Source: Octopus sinensis
Lineage: Eukaryota
Direction: 5' to 3'
Length of the DNA stretch: 64,000 nucleotides
Assembly: GCF_006345805.1 (NCBI RefSeq)
Contig: NC_042997.1
Location: forward strand, 192,076,001 to 192,140,000
Position 1 is the first letter of the stretch. Each line of letters opens with the position of its first letter. Below are positions 24,101-39,393 of this stretch, piece by piece. Below the pieces are notes generated by a model. The model was not told the DNA's origin. It saw nothing but the letters and a program-made list of their open reading frames with translations, and made no database searches. The translations under genes were made by a program, and so were the position numbers.

Positions 24101-27100
24101 CCAGACTCCAGTCTGATCTGGCAGTGTTTCTACAGCTGGATACCCTTCCTAATGCCAACCACTCCATGAGTGTAGTGGGTGCTTTTTACGTGCCACTGGA
24201 GGCTGGCAAACGGTACCAGTTGTATAATTCTATGTCAGCTCTGATTAAGTAAACCTATGAATATAAGTTCTTTATTTCTTTCTGGATACACTGCATCTAG
24301 TACCACATTATCCGAATTCTTCTTTTCCGAAAGTGCAGGGATGATTTGAAAGAGATTTGGGTGTTATTTCTAGCAGGTCTGGCGACCCTACAGAGGTTTC
24401 CTTCTTCTCTCAGTTCTTGCATTGATATTTTTAATGTAGTTGTTAAGGCCCAGGACAACTCTAGTTGAGCAGACTTGAAATTAACCCTTTAGCATTCAGC
24501 TTATTCTGTCAGATGTAATACTTTTTTTTTCCATATTCTTTTCAATTAATCATGTATTATCTTGTACTTCAAGATTTTTATGATGTGATTGTTTTAGAAT
24601 GACATTGTAGGGTAGGTGTGAGAGGCCGGATCTGGGTTTAAACATAAAACAAGTAGAATATTTGGGCCACAGCTGGTTTAAACACTAAAGGGTTAAAACC
24701 ATGACCACCCTGTGTTATTGTTTACTTATGACTATATTATCCTATATGATTTTATCTTTTACATGACAGTAGAGTGTGATTTAATTGAGGTTTGGCTGCT
24801 ATTTCAAACAGTTTGAATGACTACATAGAGGCTCACTCCTTGTCTTATATGTGTTTATATAGTGTTTGTATGTATATATACTAAAACTATTTATATGGGG
24901 TGTATATATTCATGTATATACTATTTATATGGGATGTATATATATTCATGTAAATACTATTTATATGGGGTGTATATATATTCATGTATATACTATTTAT
25001 ATGGGGTGTATATATATTCATGTAAATACTATTTATATGGGGTGTATATATATTCATGTATATACTATTTATATGGGATGTATATATATTCATGTAAATA
25101 CTATTTATATGGGGTGTGTATATATTCATGTATATACTATTTATATGGGATGTATATATATTCATGTATATACTATTTATATGGGGTATATATATATTCA
25201 TGTATATACTATTTATATGGGGTGTATATATATATTCATGTATATACTATTTATATGGGGTGTATATATTCATGTATATACTATTTATAAGGGGTGTATA
25301 TATATATTCATGTATGGTTTGTTGTTTCTATTTAGCCTAGGTCAGCCTTGATCATGCAAACTTATGATCACAGACATTCCAGCTATGACTGTCCTATTTT
25401 TCTTTGTGCAACTGGTAAGGGGTGTTTGAGGGAGATTTTGTTACTATTTTTAGCCAACCAAGTGACCACAACATAGTGACGCCCTCCATATTCCTTGGCT
25501 AGTCTTCCAAGTTGTTGCAATTAGCTTGCAGCAATTCTACTTCAGAGCTACTTATTGTGGAAACTCATACTTAGCTGATGTCTATTTTCTTGCATCAGTA
25601 GCAACATCTCTCTCTCTCTCTCACTCACTCACTCACTCTCTTTTTCTCCATTCTTCCTTTTCCTCACTCCCCCCCCACCAACTCTACCATTGCTCTTCTC
25701 CTCCTCTTCCTCACCTTTATCATGTCTAATTTTTCACTGCTATTTCGTAACCAACATGTTAATCACTAATTGAGATGTTATCATTCACTTGAGCTAGTCT
25801 TTCTGATGATTAAATCACCATGGTAACTGAATTCAGCTGTTTCTACTCAGCCATTATCATGGTGACAATGGGTTTTCTTTCCTCATGCTCTCCATTGATT
25901 CAGAGGAGCTAGAGGCAAATGTCTGTCTTATTTAAGATGGGGGGAAAGGATCTGGCCATGGAAAATGCGCCTCAAGGAATTTTGTCTGACACATGCAAAT
26001 GTGGAAAAGTGAGTCTTAAGATGATGATGATGGCAGTGGCATTGTTTTAATGTCCAGTTTAATAACCTTGCTTGCTTGATAAGTAAATTTCTCACCTATA
26101 CAGCTATACGTGTACCTGTGGTATCATCATCACTATTGTTATTATCATTTGTTTTTCACTTTTTTTTTTTTTTGTTACAGGTTCTAATTCTCTTAAATTC
26201 AATAAAGGAGGTGATGGACGTCCTCGAGGCTTTGGCTTTCAGGGGTTTGCTATTAATAAGAAGCCTGCAGAACCCCAAAATGTTAAACCACCTGGAACTG
26301 AAACTCTCGGTTTTACACCTGGCAGTACACTTTTTCCTGGCAGATCATACGGTTTTCATACAAACATTGGAAAGAAAAGAGTAAAAAGTGAAGAAGAGTA
26401 AGTTTATTATTGAATATTGTTGTCATTCTCTTAAGGAACCAAACCAGCTTTGGTTAATTGGTTAATCAGAATTTTAATTTTAAGATTGTGTTCTTGATCT
26501 ACTTCTTGTTTGTTTTTACATCCATTTATCCCTGCCTCCCCTTGTTGGAATTATCATGAGTAATCTTTAGTAAATGTTTATATTTCCATCTGAATTATTA
26601 GAGTATCAGATAGAATACCTTGTTGGGTATTTGTCCTATCTCTTTGCATTCTGAGTTCAAATCTTGCCTTGGCCTGTTTGGGTGCTTGGCTTTTTTCTCT
26701 GTTGCCCATTTTACCATTATTATTTGCTCCTTTGGTACCTTTAACATGTGGGAGTGCATGGCTTAGTGGTTGAGGTGTTAGACTCATGATCTATAAGATA
26801 GTGATTTCAATTCCTGGACCAGACGATCCGTTGTGTTCTTGAGCAAAGCACTTCATTTCATGTTGCTCCAGTCCACTCAGCTGGCAAAAATGAGTAATCC
26901 ACAGGAGGACTATATTCACAATGGAAACCGGATAACTGACCCTATGAGTCTATATAACTCAGAAAGGATCCTTATTTTATCCTTTAACAAAATCCATGAT
27001 GTTGCAAACATTTGAGCCAGGTCTCTGGTTTCAGGATACCTTTCTTTCATCTTTGCACCTCCCACCAGTCTTGGAGGCTTTATAAAGGGCCGTGGGCACT

Positions 27101-30100
27101 TCCTTTCCTCCTGATGGAGCAATAACATAATTTATTTTTACTAGTTGCACTTTGAAAATATGCACATCTTAGACTCTTTAGCCCCTCATCTTCACTACTC
27201 AAAAGCCACTTGACTGGTTAGCATGGTGTCTAATACACTTGAATGTCTAGTGCATAAGTGTGCATTCTGCTTTTTCTAACACTACTAGGCTTTTGTTCCC
27301 AAGAATTGGTATGCCCACCACTGTCCAGGCTGCTGTTTTCTGGTCTAATCTCTTTTCTTCTCTTCTCTCATATTGTGTCTACACTACTAGCCCCCACCTC
27401 CTCTACTAACCATTATTGCTAAATTCCTTCTCTGCCCACGTTCTTCTCAATAGCTGTTGACTGAGAAAAAATCCCCTTGTCAAGAACATCCTCTGCTTTG
27501 ATTTTATTGGTTTTGGAGGGGAAGTAGAGGGGATAATGACAGCAGAAAGGTCAGAAATGGGTAGCGGAGGGGAGAAGATAAGAAGTGTATGTATTGAGAG
27601 TACTCAGTAACCTAGGGTGCGTACATTTGTCCAGGTGATTGAGTGAGGAGGGGAATGACAGAGGGAGATAGAGACAAAGAGAGAAAGAGAGTGCAAAGAC
27701 AATAGAAGGATCAGAATGGTGGGGAGGGTGGAAGAAACAAAAGTATAATAGGGGAAGAAGCAGGGATATTTCGGAGAGGAGTTGGAAGGGAGTAACTGGC
27801 AATAGCAGAGGTGGTTAAAGATAAGGATGGGTAATGAGATAAAAGCTAGGGTAGGTGTTTGGTAGTTATAAAGGTGGCCCAAAAAGGGTTAGATTGCTGG
27901 CTAGTAAGTAGTACTACTGCACAAGGTTAGAGTGCATTCGGTGGGGAGTTGAAGCTGGCCCAATGCAGTCTCTTATATATGGGACTAGTGAAAGGTGGTG
28001 GTGGAGTCAACACAGGTGAGAGCTATGAGTGATAAGGAAAGGGTGTGAGCAATGGGGTGGTTAGGGTATGAGATGAAGAGGGCAGCAAAGGTAGGCTTTG
28101 TTAGGTGTAAATATCACAGCTGCTAAACATTATCCTTGATGGAATACAAGTTCATGGGTATGAGGTGTTTTGGCCTTGTGTATTTGCTGTTACTGATTCA
28201 GTGCTGACTTATTTGATACCAAATGTTTTAATGTCTCTTCCTTGCCTCTCTATCTCTCTTTGTGTGTGTGTGAGTATATCTCTCTATATGTTTGAGGAAA
28301 GGGAAAGTGTTTATGTCAAACAGGGCTGGATTAAGACCCATAGAGGCCCTAAGCTCTTAAAAGATTTAGGTGCTCCATATATATGTAATTTAAAATATAA
28401 ATAATAATAAACCAAGAAATAAATTATTATATTTCAAAATGAAATAAAACTGACAGTAAGATGGAATATACTTGAAAAGTTTTCTCCTACTTTTTTAATT
28501 GCAAAGTCTTTGATCAGATCCTCACTATGGCACCATGAACACTTTGAAATTATATTTCTAATCATGTAAATCACATTGAATATTATTTTAAAATGTGAAG
28601 CATGACCTTTGAATATTGGGCCTCACAGAGACAATAGCAGAAGACAGACCTTTGGAGATATGCTGTGATTGAGAAGACCTGGCAACTAAAGTGAGATCAC
28701 AGCCATGGCTGATGCCAGTGTTTCATGTCCAGCCCATTTAAGAGTACCCTTGATGCATCAGGTGATATGCTATGCTTGAGAAGACCTATTGAATCAAGTA
28801 AAACCAAAATTGTAGCTGTGGCCAGTGACCCCTGACTGACTCGTGTTCTGGTGGCCTGTAAAATACGCAATTCGAACGTGGCCAATGCCAGTATCCCCTG
28901 ACTGGCTCCCATGCTGGTGGCATGTAAAAAGCACTATTTGTATGTGATCGATGCCATGCCTGCCTGACTGGCTCCTGTGCCGGTGGCACATAAAAAGCGC
29001 CCACTACACTCTTAGAGTGGTTGGCATTAGGAAGGGCATCCAGCTGTAGAAACACTGCCAGTTCAGATTGGAGCCTGGTGCAGCCACTGGCTCTCCAGAC
29101 CTCAGTTAAACTGTCCTACCCATGCCAGCATGGAAAACGGACATTAAACGATGATGATGATGATGTAGGAAAAAACTTTTCAAATATATTCCATCTTACT
29201 GTTAGTTTTGTCTCATTTTGAAATATTAAAATTTATTTTCCTGTTTATTATTGTTTATATTTTGAATTACATACATATGGGGTCACCCAAATCTTTTAAG
29301 AGCTTAGGGCCTCTCTGGGTCATAACCCAGCCCTATTTGATATAAACACTTTCCCTCTCCTCATACATATAAAGTGATTTCTTTTGTGTTGTAAACCATG
29401 TACCATTTCTGTGGTGCCCCCTACCTTCCCTTGATGCCCTAAGCATGTACTTATTTTACTTAATGATTAATCCAGCACTGATGTCAGATGTGTTTTATAA
29501 TGTCACTCTCTCTTGCTCTTTCACCCTCTCTGTATTTGTCTATTTCTGCGCACACATGAATGTATGTGTGTGTGTTTGTTTGCTTTCCATGCCCCCGAAA
29601 AGTACTTTGGCCAAAACAGATTCAGTGTCCAGTTAGCCATGCCAAATCACCAGCATCCAAACAGCTGCACCCAATCATTCCATTCTTGCCAGTTCACATG
29701 GAGGAATTTGCTAAGTCTGTTGCTACAAGTTGTCATCATCATCATCATCATCATCATCACTGTATGAAATAATCTATAAACAACCTACCTTTCACTCCAA
29801 ATTTTATCCACAAAATTTTCTTCCACAGATATTTTGACGACGACGACGATGAAAACCTTGATTTGGAGTACCAACCGGCACCTGGTAGCCCTGGAGTGGA
29901 CAAAGAAGAAGGTGATGACAACAGTGATAGCGACGACCCATTGGATGCATTTATGGCTAATATTGAGGTAAGTTAGCAGTTTGACCAATTGCCAGTGGTC
30001 ATTCTCTGTTTTCTTTGTTTATCGACAGTTACCCAGGATCATGCCTACTTGCAAGGTATGCTTTTCAGGTATAAATTATGGCAACAGTAGTAATGTTGAT

Positions 30101-30106
30101 GATTTC

Positions 30107-30139
<33 letters not shown>

Positions 30140-32929
30140 CTTTATTGTTTGTTATTTGCAGAGAAACTGGAAGAATATTGAGCTTCTCAGTTAGATTTTT
30201 TTGTTCAATTATTTTGATGAATGAACTTTTAGCACATCTGATATTCTGTGAAATTAATGTAGAAAAGGGATCATTTTGATAGTGTTGTAATTGCTTTTAA
30301 CATACCTTACTACTACACACATACATATACACATGCACACACACACACACATGGAGGTATTTACTCTCATACACTCATAAAATGTCAGTAAAAATCTTTT
30401 CTTAATTTTACGAATTTTCACACAATATTTCAATCACCAACCCCGGTGATTAACTTTTGAATTACTTGAAGTTAATGTCATGAATGTTCTTGGAAGCTTT
30501 GAATGTCGCAACTTAATAAACTTTTGTATTTGTCAATCAGTTTTAGTCTTCTTTTGAACAAACAAAAAAATACTGATAGACTATTAACTCTCTCTCATAT
30601 GCATATATTTTTGACAGAAGCAAGTGTGTATCGGTGTAGATATGGCAATGTGGTAAGAAGTTTGATTCCCAACTGTTAGGTTCTACCAAATTGATTTGTA
30701 AGGCTTTGATTGGTCTGCGACAATAGCAGAAAACACTTGGTCAAGATGCCAGGCAGTGGAACTGAACCTGAAACCATGTGGTTGGGAAGCAAACCTCTTA
30801 ATTATATATATATATATATATATATATGCACATGTATATGTATATATGCACATATATATGTGCATATGCACATATACATGTGCACATATATATATATGCA
30901 TATGCACATATACATGTGCATATATATGTGAATATGTATATGCACATATATATATATATATGCACATATATATATGCACATATATATATGCATATATATA
31001 TATGCACATATATATATGCATATATATATATGCACATATATATATGCATATATATATATATACATATATATATGCATATATATACATGTATATATATGTA
31101 TATACATACGTACGTACGTAAAAAAATACATAAGTATGTATGTACATAAAAAATACAGAAGTTTGTACGTACGTATGTATTTTTTTTTTTTGTGTGTGTA
31201 TATGTCTGTAAATTTCAGGAGAGTAAGAAAGACTGTTTGGGATAGTTTATTAAGATATTTGTATTAGTTTCAAAACAAGCGTTCTCTGACTTTTTTCATT
31301 TTCAACAGTTAGAGCAGTTGAAAGGAGTGTTTGTTGCTTCCTCACATGCGCACAAGCACACACACACACACACACACACACGCACATACATTCTAACCAT
31401 TCCTCCTGACTCGAGTAAAACAGCAGCTTCAGTGCTTCTGGCGCCATCCGTTTCGGTGCCGCTGTAACAATTAGAACTCGCTGTACTTCTGTATTTACTT
31501 TCAGAAAGAGGTGAAAGATCAGGACAACAAAATGAAAAAAGAAACCCCAAAGACTGACAAGTAAGTAATTCTGCTGAACATCCTCTCTTTCATTTCTGTG
31601 CCTTCTGTGGTATCCTTTGTAGAGTGTAGGCATTGGACTAGGTAGGCATTACTTGCTGACTTATAAAACAGCAAATTAATTGTTTTGTTTGCTCCTGTAT
31701 TTGGTTCAGCAGGTTTGAAGGAGCTTACGGTTACCTCACTTTTTCAATTGTCTTTGTTTGTTGTCATTCCTGCTGCATTGTTTTTTTGTTTTTTTTTACT
31801 GTTTGTGTAAATTTCGATAAAACTTATCACTTGCCACTTTCCGTTTTTTACAGAGGGGTTCGGGAAGATATTGAACAGGAAGATGATCAGGAATCGTACT
31901 TCCGATACATGGAGGAGAACCCAACTGCTGGTCTATTGAAAGATGACGAGGAAATAGAAGTTGAATACGATACTGAAGGCAATGCCATTATTCCTGAGAA
32001 AATGAAGGTAATTGTTTTTATTTTTTTACTTGTTTCAGCTGTTGGACTGCAGCCATGCTGGGGCACTGCCTTGAAGTGTTTAGTTGAACAAATCAATCAA
32101 TACCCAGGGTTTTCCGAAAATCTGCCCAGGGCTGTTAAATGGAAAATTCTATTTTACAAAACTATTTTTTGGCTTAACCCTTTAGTGTTTAAACCAGCCA
32201 TATCCGGCCAAAATATTTTACCTATTTTATGTTCAAACTAGTCAGATATGGTCATTCATAGCTACCTTATTGTGTCATTTTAAAAATAAACAATCACATC
32301 ATTGAAGTCTCAAAGCCATGAAATGATGCAAGATTAATTTTATATGTTGTGAATACATAAGCTTTTCATTTGACAGAATAATCTGAATGCTAAAGGGTTA
32401 AATAACTGCCCACCTATAATAAGAGCCCAAGGATGGTAATATGGAAGTAAAATATTTCACTGTATTTGTTTTATACAATTCCATTGAACTTCTGTCATTT
32501 TAGTTATCAGATATATAGACATAAAGAAAGTGAAAGAGCCTTAAAAGAAATAGCATATTAAAAAATATTCTGAAGTTAACAATGGATCTATTAGGAAATA
32601 TTGAAAATTAAACTGTTGAAAACATGAATAGAAGCTTCATATGAACAAATAATGTCCTTGGGCATTTATGGTTGAATAATAACCGAATAGAGTAGTTGTA
32701 TACTGTCGACTAAATGTGACAGTCCCATGAAGGGAATCACACCACTGCTATTTAGCCCTAGGAAGCATCAACGCTTCCTGTCAGCCTTGACACATTTCCT
32801 GTGTTCTTATGTTTACAAAGGGGAGTCAAGCACCTCAAGATTCAGAAACTAGTCTCTGGATGCAGGCTTAGCTGTGTGTGTGTGTGTGTTGTGTGTGTGT
32901 GTGTGTGTGTGTGTGTATGCATGCATGCA

Positions 32930-32965
<36 letters not shown>

Positions 32966-35628
32966 CATACATGATGATGATGGTTGTCTATTTGTGACTG
33001 AGGAAGACCATTGCTGACCTTCAGGAACATTGTGTACTCTAGGACTAACATAGTTTGCATTTGCAGCTCCATTGGTGTCTAATGAGCCTTGTTCTTGACA
33101 AGCATGCATGACTGCAAAGGTTGCAAACCAAGCGTTCCTCATTCACTACACCAGCAATTCACTTTTGAGCATCATACTTAAGTTCTTCATGCAGAATACG
33201 CTTTCTCTCAAAAGTGTTGACCCCCTCCTGAACCTGCTCCCTCCATCTGTGACGATGACAGGCATTGCTCTCCCAGTCAGTCTCCTGCATATCACAGGCC
33301 TTTAATGTGGACTTGACACAGTCCTTAAATCGCAGTGTTGGTTTCTGCTGGGGTCTCTTTCCATTCACAAGTTCCCCATATACATACATGCACAATGAGC
33401 TTCCACACAGTTTCTGTCTATCAAATCCACTCACAAGGCATTGGCTGACCTGGGACTATAGAAGATTCTTGCCTGTGACACCCTGCACTCACATGGTTGC
33501 AAAGTGAGGTTCTTGACCACACAGCCATGTCTGTCTGCAGCTAAGCAGACATGTTGCCTTTCACATCTTTTATGTTTTGTTTTTCATTTTCCTTTTATCA
33601 TCCTCTCCTCATTAATTTGTAACTGCTTTTTTTCTTTTTTAATCATATATACAGCTAATACTGGCTCCCGTGTCTGTGGCACGTAAAAAGCACCATTCAA
33701 GCGTGATCGATGCCAGTACTGCCTGACTGGCCCTTGTGCCAGTGGCACGTAAAAAACACCCACTACACTCTTAGAGTGGTTGGCGTTAGAAAGGGCATCC
33801 GGCTGTAGAAACTTTGCCAGATCAGATTAGAGCCTGGTGCAGCCTTCTGGCTTGTCAGCTCTCAATCAAACCATCCAACCCATGCCAGCATGCCAGCATT
33901 AAATGGCGACAATGTTGATGATGACTGTTGATTAATGCATGAAAGTTTCAACTTCTAAAATTTAAGCATTCTCTAGTAGTTAACTCTAGGTCTCACTTCC
34001 CTCAGATAATGATTTCTATGTCTACTGCTGAGTACAAGGCAAAATATCACAAGACTTCTTTGATGCAATCCTCATTACTCTACAAAAATAATAGAACAAT
34101 CCAACTTCTGAGGGGTAACTGCTCTACTTTGAGTTTATTGATATTATGTGGTTGGCATTAGGAAGGGCATCCAGCTGTAGAAACTCTGCCAGATCAAGAT
34201 TGAAGCCTGGTGCAGCCATCTGGTTCACCAGTCCTCAGTCATTCGTCCAACCCATGCTAGCATGAAAAGCGGATGTTAAACGATGATGATGATGATGATG
34301 TTCATCTAGTGCATCTTAGTAAAAAAATGGAAATAGCTTTCCTTGCTCTGTAGCATTCTTGGTTCAGTAGTCTGATATCTTCATAATTTCCTCTCTCTAA
34401 GTGTATGTATCTCTTTTGACTTTGTACCAATTGATGATACTGGTGCTGCTACTCTAGTCATTTGGTATGACACCTTTGTGTATTACCTGGTCCACTTGTA
34501 TATTTATAGTTCAAATCCCGTCAGTATTGAACTTGTAAATTTATCCATTATTCTTGTGCTGGTACCACATAAAAAGCTCGCAGCACACTCCGTAAAGTGG
34601 TTAGCATTAGGAATGGCATCAAGCTGTAGAAACCAAGCCAAACCAGGCTGCAGCTTAGTGTAGCTTCCCAGCTTGCCAGCTCTGGTCAAACTGTCTGACC
34701 CATGCCAGCATGGAAAACAGATGTTGATGATGATGGTGGTGATGATTCCACTAGAACTGACTTTGCATCTGTATTATATTATACTAGCAGTATCGCCTGG
34801 CGTTGCTCGGGTTTGTAAGGGAAATAACTATATAAGCATTTTTAGAGATGTAAAGTATAATAGCCATCTCAAAGCGGGGTGTTACTGTAGCTTTTTACGT
34901 TCTGAGATTTAATAATACATTTGTATAGAGTTATTTCCCTTATATAATAGCAAAAAAATGCATTAAAAATGGGGGAAAATGATGGTAAATTTTTTTTTAA
35001 ATCGTAGACGCGCGCTAATACCCAGAAGGGCTCCATATGAATCACGACTATAAGATACCCGCTTTTGGTTACACTGCACTGCAAAATGTGGGAGTAGTTA
35101 GGAATCTAAATCGTAGGAGACAGACACACAACTTCACTTTTATATATAAAGATTTACGTAAATATCTAATGCTATGTTCCACGGATTTTTATGTTCAAAA
35201 TGATTTATTTTGCTCAGAGTATCGATCCTTTACCACCAGTTGATCACACTGAAATCACATACATGGACTTTGAGAAGAACTTTTATGAGGAACATGAAGA
35301 AATCATCAAATTAAGTGATGAACAGCTTGATGAACTCCAACAAAAACTTGGTATTAAAGTAAGTTTGATCTTTACTATTCAGTCATATATATTTTGTGTT
35401 ACTACTCTCTTTTACTCGTTTCAGTCATCTGACTGCAGTCATGCTGGAGCACCACCTTTAGTCGAGCAAATCGACCCCAGGAGTTATTCTTTGTAAGCCT
35501 AGAACTTATTCTATCGGTCTCTTTTGTCGAACTGCTAAGTTACTGGGACATAAACACACCAGCATCGGTTGTCAAGTGATGTTGTGGGGACAAACACAAA
35601 CATACACACACACACACACACACACACA

Positions 35629-35683
<55 letters not shown>

Positions 35684-38600
35684 TACATACATATATACTA
35701 CAGGCTTCTTTCAGTTTCCATCTACCAAATCAACTCACAAGGCTTTGGTCGGCCTGAGGCTATAGTAGAAGACACTTGCCCAAGGTGCCACGCAGTGGGA
35801 ATGAACTGGAACCATGTGGTTTGTAAGCAAGCTACTTGCCACACAGCCATTCCTGCGTCTACTATTTTACATGTATTTATTTTTTTACTTACATGTTTGG
35901 GATGGTTTATTTGCAGTTAGATTCTTTTTTTATTGCCAACATTAGCCACTCACCAATCAATCAGAAGTGGAGCCCTTTTGTTCTTGAGGGCTTATAGGGC
36001 AGTTTACCTGGTTTCCATGGCGTATAAATGATCGTGATCACAATGTTCCCTCGGAATGGACACTGATCCATTACAGGATTCGAGGCCAATGATTTTGAAG
36101 GCTGGGGACAAGTCATTATTTACATTCGACAGATATTTGTCCTCATCTTGTTTGTTATTAACACGTTTCGGCTGATATACCCTCCAGCCTTCTTCAGGTG
36201 TCTTGGGGAAATTTCGAACCTAGGGTTCTCTTTCCTAAGGTATTTTTCGATGTTATTATCATTATTGTTCAGGTCACTGCTTGGAATCAAACTCGGAATC
36301 TTGGGGTTAGTAGCCTGCGCTCTTAACCACTATGCCGTATTTTATTTTACTAATCCTGCTGCGTTTCACATGCAAGTTTTGGTCTTCCAGAGTTGTCTTG
36401 GTGTAGGTGTATAAGTTGACTTTCCCTTTTTTGGCTGTAAGTTTTCCTCTTAAAAGTTTGACTTGTAAGCCAGAAAATACAATAAGTAGACTGTGACAAG
36501 CAGTGATGTGTCCTGCCTCTGAATGCTACACAATGTTTGTTCCATCATAGAACCATGTCTGTAAACCGGCTCTGTGACCTCTCATAATCTCCACCTCTCT
36601 CTCTCTTTCTTTCTTTGTCTTTCTCTCTCACTCTCTGTCTATCTCCTCCTCCTCCTCCTCCTCTGTCTCTTTCTAAGTTGTTGTTATATTTTCAGGTAAC
36701 TGGGTTGTGTCCTCCCAGACCCGTTAGCAGTTTTGCTCATTTTGGATTTGATGAAGGACTCATGAATATCATAAGAAAATCAGAATATACACAACCTACA
36801 CCCATTCAAGCACAGGTAAGTCACAGTCACTTCCTTTTTCTTACACTATATTCTATTTCAAAGAAGATTTTAACCTACTTTTTTATTAAAGTCACTGAAG
36901 ACCTCTTTCCAGATTATTGATGAAAATTATTGTTTATTTTAGGGGGTACCAGTTGCTTTGTCTGGCCGAGATATAATTGGAATTGCTAAAACTGGCAGTG
37001 GGAAAACAGCTGCCTTTATTTGGCCAATGCTTATACATTTGATGGATCAGGTAAGATAAATTTCATATCATTATTATTATTATTATTATTATTGTGTGAG
37101 AGAGCAGTGCATGCCATCAAAGTGACACTGGGGTAAAATATACGAAGCCCTTTATACCGATCATGACTACCCGTCTGATAAGGGTACACCAGGCACATGC
37201 ATCACAACCATATGTGCACAACATGGTGATCTCATATCAAGATAAACAGTGCATGACCTTGCAGGTGGGGCCCAATTAGACTTTTCTTCTGGTCGAGTAG
37301 CCCATCCTGCTCAAAAGGTCCCTGAATAAGGATTGTTTAAGGATGTTGAACGAACCACCTATGTTTCCAAAGGTGAATTATCTAAAATTATTATTATTAT
37401 ATTATTATTATTATTGTGTGAGAGAGCAGTGCATGCCATCAAAGTGACACTGGGGTAAAATATACGAAGCCCTTTATACCGATCATGACTACCCGTCTGA
37501 TAAGGGTACACCAGGCACATGCATCACAACCATATGTGCACAACATGGTGATCTCATATCAAGATAAACAGTGCATGACCTTGCAGGTGGGGCCCAATTA
37601 GACTTTTCTTCTGGTCGAGTAGCCCATCCTGCTCAAAAGGTCCCTGAATAAGGATTGTTTAAGGATGTTGAACGAACCACCTATGTTTCCAAAGGTGAAT
37701 TATCTAAAATTATTATTATTATTATTATTTAAGGTGGAGAGGGAAGTGCTACTTCCCAGTGAATTTGTGAAAAGATGGGTGTCTCTTGCAGAAATGGTTA
37801 GTGTGAATGGTCCTACTCTGTGCACCTGTAGACTGGAGAGCGAGAGTGAAGGCGTGTGCCTTTGGTGGTCAAGGCATTCCTGGATCTGTGGATGTCCTTG
37901 ATTGGGCCTAGTTGGAGTTTCTCCTGTATTAGGAAGACTGCATCATTCATGTGGCCTTAATTATTTCAATTATGAAGAATTCAGTACTGCTTCATCCAAT
38001 ATCTCTTTTTTTTATTATGATATGGTTTTGTGTGTGATTCAAGGAGATTTAGTGGCTTTTTCTAGCAGAGCATACAATCATGTAGAGGCTCTTCCATGGA
38101 TTCAGTTGTATTATTTGTGGATTTATAAAAATTGTTGTTTAAGAATTTCAAAATATATTTTAAATTCAGCTCATAACCCAGTTTATAATATTTCTTTTTT
38201 TTGTTTGTTTCACAGAATGAACTAGAAGAAGGTGATGGCCCCATTGGATTAATTTTAGCTCCTACTCGGGAATTATCCCAGCAAGTAAGTTTGTCTATGA
38301 ATTACTTTACATTTCAGCTTTCCTCATCTGAAGAGATCTTTCTGTCATTTCTTTTTAAATCTTGATAAATTAATATGTCCTTTATTCTCCCCCTCTTTGT
38401 CATTTTGAAGATAGTGAAACTGATTATTAGAAAAAACAAAGCAAATTTTAAATTTTAAGTATTTTATGAATGTAGATTTTTTTATGATTTCATACAACCG
38501 TGGTTTATATTTTTGCATATTTTATTATCGAGGTATCAGCTGGAGATTTCATCACCACAATTTATTTTCTTCACAGCACTGATTCATTCTCACTCTCTCC

Positions 38601-39358
38601 TCTAAATGTGAGTAGCCATGTAGCTCCTCTACAACAAGAACCTGCTCTGCTTCACCGTCTTCTCTCATACTTCAATCCTCATCTCCTAGCATAAAACTAT
38701 GCCCCTTCTTTGGGTTTTGTAGTCTTGTGAGCTGTATGGTAACCTCACTAGCATTGGTGGCACAAAGAAAAAGCTCTCAGTACATATTGTAAAGTGGCTG
38801 GCATTAGGAAAGTCATCCAGCCATAGAAACGATGCTGAAGCAGCCACCAGAGTATAGTGAAGTCCTTGAACCCATTGGATTTTGTTGAACCATTCTATTG
38901 ACGCTAGCATGGAATATGGATATTGAATGATGATGTTTATCTTCATAAATTAATTTTAGTTCCTCTCAATTGAAAGATGTGGATATGAATTTTAAAATCA
39001 ATTAAATTTTTTTTGTATCTTTTTTTTTTTTTGTTTTTCTGTCCTGTTAGATCTATCATGAAGCTAAAAAGTTTGGTAAAGTCTACAATATTCGTGTGGT
39101 TTGTGCTTATGGTGGTGGGAGCCTTTGGGAACAATCAAAGGCATGTCAGGAAGGAGCTGAAGTCATTGTTGCTACACCCGTGAGTATTATAAGAGAAAAT
39201 AAAGATATTAATTTCTTGTTATTTAGACTGAGATCAGCTGTGGTTGAACAGATCTATGATAAAGATGTTCAAAATGCACATATATATGGATTAATACATG
39301 CTTTTAAAAAAACGTTAAAAAAACAGATCAAAATAATGATGTGCATAACATTCTCAAT

Positions 39359-39393
<35 letters not shown>

